Under the pieces are notes generated by a model that was given only the letters and a program-made list of their open reading frames with translations, was not told the origin of the DNA and did no database searches. The position numbers were made by a program, and so were the translations under genes. A DNA stretch of 64,000 bases from Hyalangium versicolor (lineage in GTDB: Bacteria; Myxococcota; Myxococcia; Myxococcales; Myxococcaceae): contig NZ_JAHXBF010000014.1 of the NCBI RefSeq assembly GCF_020103695.1, positions 108,297-172,296 of the forward strand. The letters run 5' to 3'. This document shows positions 61,565 to 64,000 of this stretch, one piece after another. How positions within the stretch are numbered: the first letter of the stretch is position 1; every line of letters begins with the position of its first letter.

Positions 61565-62144
61565 CCTCGCGCTCGTCAGGCACCAGCAGCGCGAGCAGCG
61601 TCGAGAGCGGCACCTGCTCCCGGTCCTCCTGGCCTTCCCGAATGAAGACCAGGGGGTCGCTCGGCTCCGGAGAATCCAGTCGGATGACCAGCCACGCGCC
61701 GCCCTCGCCCAGCATGGCCGCGCCGAACTCCTCCGCTTTCGACAGAGGCGTCGGCATGAACTTCAGCTGGGAGATGTCGCGCATCAGGTCGCCTCCCCGG
61801 AAGCGCGCGTCCGGCCACCGGATGTCATACAAGAAGGCGCGAATAGGCTCCGGGAGATGCCGGCCCGCGAGGCGCTGAGGCTTGACGAAAACCGGCTTCC
61901 GGTAGACTCCGCCGAGCCGCCCCACCTGCCGAAGGACAGCGGGAGCCGGGCGGCCGGTGGCGCTCGAAACGGGCGGGCTCAGGGTGGGCTCGCTTCGGTC
62001 GACGAACGTCTGCAGCATTCCCAACATCGTGCTCGCAACGCCCAGCAGCACCCCAGCGAACAGACCTGCCGCATTCCACCGATTGGCCCCGTCCCAGAAC
62101 GAGAGGAGAAAGAGCGCACCGCTGACGACTGCCAGGATCAACAT
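61542..62144 (-). CDS. membrane-anchored SUKH (SMI1/KNR4)-like protein, candidate immunity protein
   Basis: Two N-terminal hydrophobic helices (LILAVVSGALFLLSF; LFAGVLLGVASTMLGML). C-terminal region resembles the SUKH-1 core (FGAAMLGEGGAWLVIRLDSPEPSDPLVFI). Its 3' end overlaps the CHAP gene 3' end by 23 nt, convergently. The frame and start are uncertain. Confidence 0.4.
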   Translation of the reverse strand: MLILAVVSGALFLLSFWDGANRWNAAGLFAGVLLGVASTMLGMLQTFVDRSEPTLSPPVSSATGRPAPAVLRQVGRLGGVYRKPVFVKPQRLAGRHLPEPIRAFLYDIRWPDARFRGGDLMRDISQLKFMPTPLSKAEEFGAAMLGEGGAWLVIRLDSPEPSDPLVFIREGQEDREQVPLSTLLALLVPDEREVSSGSRG

Positions 62145-62272
62145 GGCCGAGCCTCAATCACGGAAAAGAGGCTGGGGATTCACCCAGATCCCAGCGATCA
62201 TGTCCAAGCCCTGCCAAGGAAGAGAGCCCTTACCTCCCTCGCCGATGTGCATTCCGTTCGGTGAGCCCTCCC

Positions 62273-63064
62273 TCAGTCCCGAGCCTCCATCACCTCCGCC
62301 GGCTCCTCCAGTCCGAGGGGCACCACGCGCTGGCACCGCACTTGGAGTGACTGTCCCCGAGGCCGGCACACCGCCAACGCCGCCTGGTGCCGCGCCGAGG
62401 GCCGAAGCTGGACGAACTGCCACCGCTCAGGCTCGTCTCGCAACCGAGGATCGAAGGAGATCGTCGGAAGCCGCCCGGGCCGCAACTCGAACGCGAAATG
62501 CGCCAGCGGCAGCGAGAGTCCCATCCCTCGCGCCTTGATGTACGCCTCCTTCAGGGTCCAGTACTCGAAGAAGCGCTCCTGCTGGCGCTCCACCGGCAGC
62601 GCTCGGAGCGCCTGCGCCTCGGAGGGCGCGAAGTAGTGGTCCGCCAGGCTCACCGTCTCGCCCGGGCGCAGCGCATCCTCCACATCCACGCCCACCTCCG
62701 CCCCATGCGCCACCGCCACCACCGCCATCCCGTCCGTATGGGAGAGATTGAAGTGGAGCCTCGGTAACCCCTCTCCGTGCACCTCCGGCCGGCCGTACTC
62801 GTTGGTGCGGAAGGACCACGCCTCCGGCGCCACGGGCGCGTACCGGCTCAACGTCAGCCGTACCAGCGCATGTGAGACCAGGTACTGCCTGCGGTGCTTT
62901 TCGAAGTGGAACCTTCGCTGCTTCTCACGCTCCTCGGGGTTCAGCAGCCCCAGGTACGCCTCGAGCAGCCGAGGCTCGGAAATCTGCTCGGGTTCCACGA
63001 TCCAGACGTGGACCTCGTCTGGGGCCAGGGACATCAACGCCGACGGCGAAGGACTCGACGACAT
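62273..63064 (-). CDS. 4'-phosphopantetheinyl transferase (Sfp/EntD type)
   Basis: PPTase motifs FNLSHTDGMAVVAV and WTLKEAYIKARG. The start may be Met 63034. Confidence 0.75.
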   Translation of the reverse strand: MSSSPSPSALMSLAPDEVHVWIVEPEQISEPRLLEAYLGLLNPEEREKQRRFHFEKHRRQYLVSHALVRLTLSRYAPVAPEAWSFRTNEYGRPEVHGEGLPRLHFNLSHTDGMAVVAVAHGAEVGVDVEDALRPGETVSLADHYFAPSEAQALRALPVERQQERFFEYWTLKEAYIKARGMGLSLPLAHFAFELRPGRLPTISFDPRLRDEPERWQFVQLRPSARHQAALAVCRPRGQSLQVRCQRVVPLGLEEPAEVMEARD

Positions 63065-63248
63065 GGCGGCCTAGCGAAGCAGGCTCCCCGCCTGCTTGTC
63101 ATCTCCGAGCAATCATTCGGTTTTTCCGATGTAATCCAGCCAAATTTCCTATTTGCCGAATATTCAGCCGGTTCCTATTTCCAAGGTTGGCCCTCACCTT
63201 TCAACGGTGCCCCGTTGACTGGCCCCCGTATCCGGAGACGCATCGACC

Positions 63249-64000
63249 ATGGAAATTCAGAGTGTTGGCAGCCCATTGCTCTGGGCGGGGTTCATCGCCT
63301 TCGTCCTCGCCATGCTTGCCCTGGACCTGGGCGTGTTCCACCGCCAATCCCATGAGGTGCGCTTCAAGGAGGCGCTCGTCTGGAGCGGCGTCTGGGTGTC
63401 GCTCGCCCTGCTCTTCAACCTGGGAATCTGGTGGCACTTCGGCACCGAGCCGGGCGTGCAGTTCCTCACCGGCTACCTGATCGAGAAATCACTCTCGATC
63501 GACAACATCTTCGTCTTCGTCATCGTCTTCTCGTCGCTGCGGATCCCCGCCATCTACCAGCACCGGGTGCTCTTCTGGGGCATCCTCAGCGCGCTGGTGC
63601 TCCGCGCGATCATGATCTTCGCCGGCGTGGCGATGCTCCAGCGCTTCCACTGGCTCATCTACGTCTTCGGCGCGTTCCTCATCTTCACGGGCGTGAAGCT
63701 CTTCCTCAACCGCAACAAGGAAGAGCATCCGGAGAACAGCGCCGCCATGCGCTGGGCCCGCCGCGTCATCCCCTCCACCAGCCAGTTCCACGGCCACCAC
63801 TTCTTCACCCGGGACAATGGCCGCTGGCTGGCCACCCCGCTGCTCATGGCCCTGCTCCTCGTCGAGGTGACGGACGTCATCTTCGCCCTCGACTCCATCC
63901 CCGCCATCTTCGCCGTCACCCAGGACCCGTTCCTCGTCTTCACCTCCAACATCTTCGCCATCCTCGGCCTGCGCTCCCTGTTCTTCCTGGTCGCCGGCAT
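63249..64000 (+). CDS. TerC-family integral membrane protein, 3'-truncated by the window edge
   Basis: Hand-translated from ATG 63249 (MEIQSVGSPLLWAGFIAFVLAMLALDLGVF...FLTGYLIEKSLSIDNIFVFVIVF...). Multiple TM helices and TerC hallmark motifs. It is absent from the ORF track because no stop falls within the window. Confidence 0.8.
   Translation, partial: MEIQSVGSPLLWAGFIAFVLAMLALDLGVFHRQSHEVRFKEALVWSGVWVSLALLFNLGIWWHFGTEPGVQFLTGYLIEKSLSIDNIFVFVIVFSSLRIPAIYQHRVLFWGILSALVLRAIMIFAGVAMLQRFHWLIYVFGAFLIFTGVKLFLNRNKEEHPENSAAMRWARRVIPSTSQFHGHHFFTRDNGRWLATPLLMALLLVEVTDVIFALDSIPAIFAVTQDPFLVFTSNIFAILGLRSLFFLVAG

Overview
This is a GC-rich window; third codon positions are overwhelmingly G/C and the gene content looks like a myxobacterial (Myxococcales-type) chromosome. 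Coding is dense and mostly housekeeping. Real genes were recovered by recognising protein motifs in the six-frame track and re-deriving start codons by hand. Many tracked ORFs are long antisense artefacts typical of high-GC DNA, or carry N-terminal junk extensions. Gene order on the minus strand unless stated: rsmI (partial), yraN, a TetR regulator plus FAD monooxygenase pair, a catalytically degenerate SMC/YhaN-like membrane protein, the rpsP-KH-rimM-trmD-rplS ribosomal and tRNA-modification operon, rlmN, and a TCA super-cluster ndk, sucD, sucC, sdhB, sdhA, mdh, icd. Then a menaquinone cluster menE, menC, menA, menH, menD. Between menD and menF sits a three-gene c-type cytochrome operon: a tri-haem cytochrome c, a penta-haem lipoprotein and a Pro-rich lipoprotein. 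Divergent from menF on the plus strand is a complete, translationally coupled shikimate operon: DAHP synthase, aroK, an aroD-aroE fusion, aroC, aroB, aroA. After it come gltA (plus), a fadD-like gene, a zinc-ribbon protein with a polyacidic tail, a BFN-domain protein and pyk (all plus). Back on the minus strand: a hypothetical, carA, pyrC, pyrB, lepB, lepA, two UDP-sugar epimerase/decarboxylase genes led by a small RHH protein, an EF-hand-like repeat lipoprotein (plus), a cupin, a SPOR protein, ihfB, mnmA, cca and tRNA-Arg(CCT). The window ends with a CHAP/SH3b peptidoglycan-hydrolase-like protein convergently overlapping a SUKH-like membrane protein, a Sfp-type PPTase, and a partial TerC gene (plus). 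No CRISPR array, transposase, integrase or rRNA was seen. The most interesting candidates are the cytochrome module inside the chorismate-to-menaquinone supercluster, the pseudo-ATPase SMC-like membrane protein, and the putative cell-wall hydrolase plus immunity-like pair.
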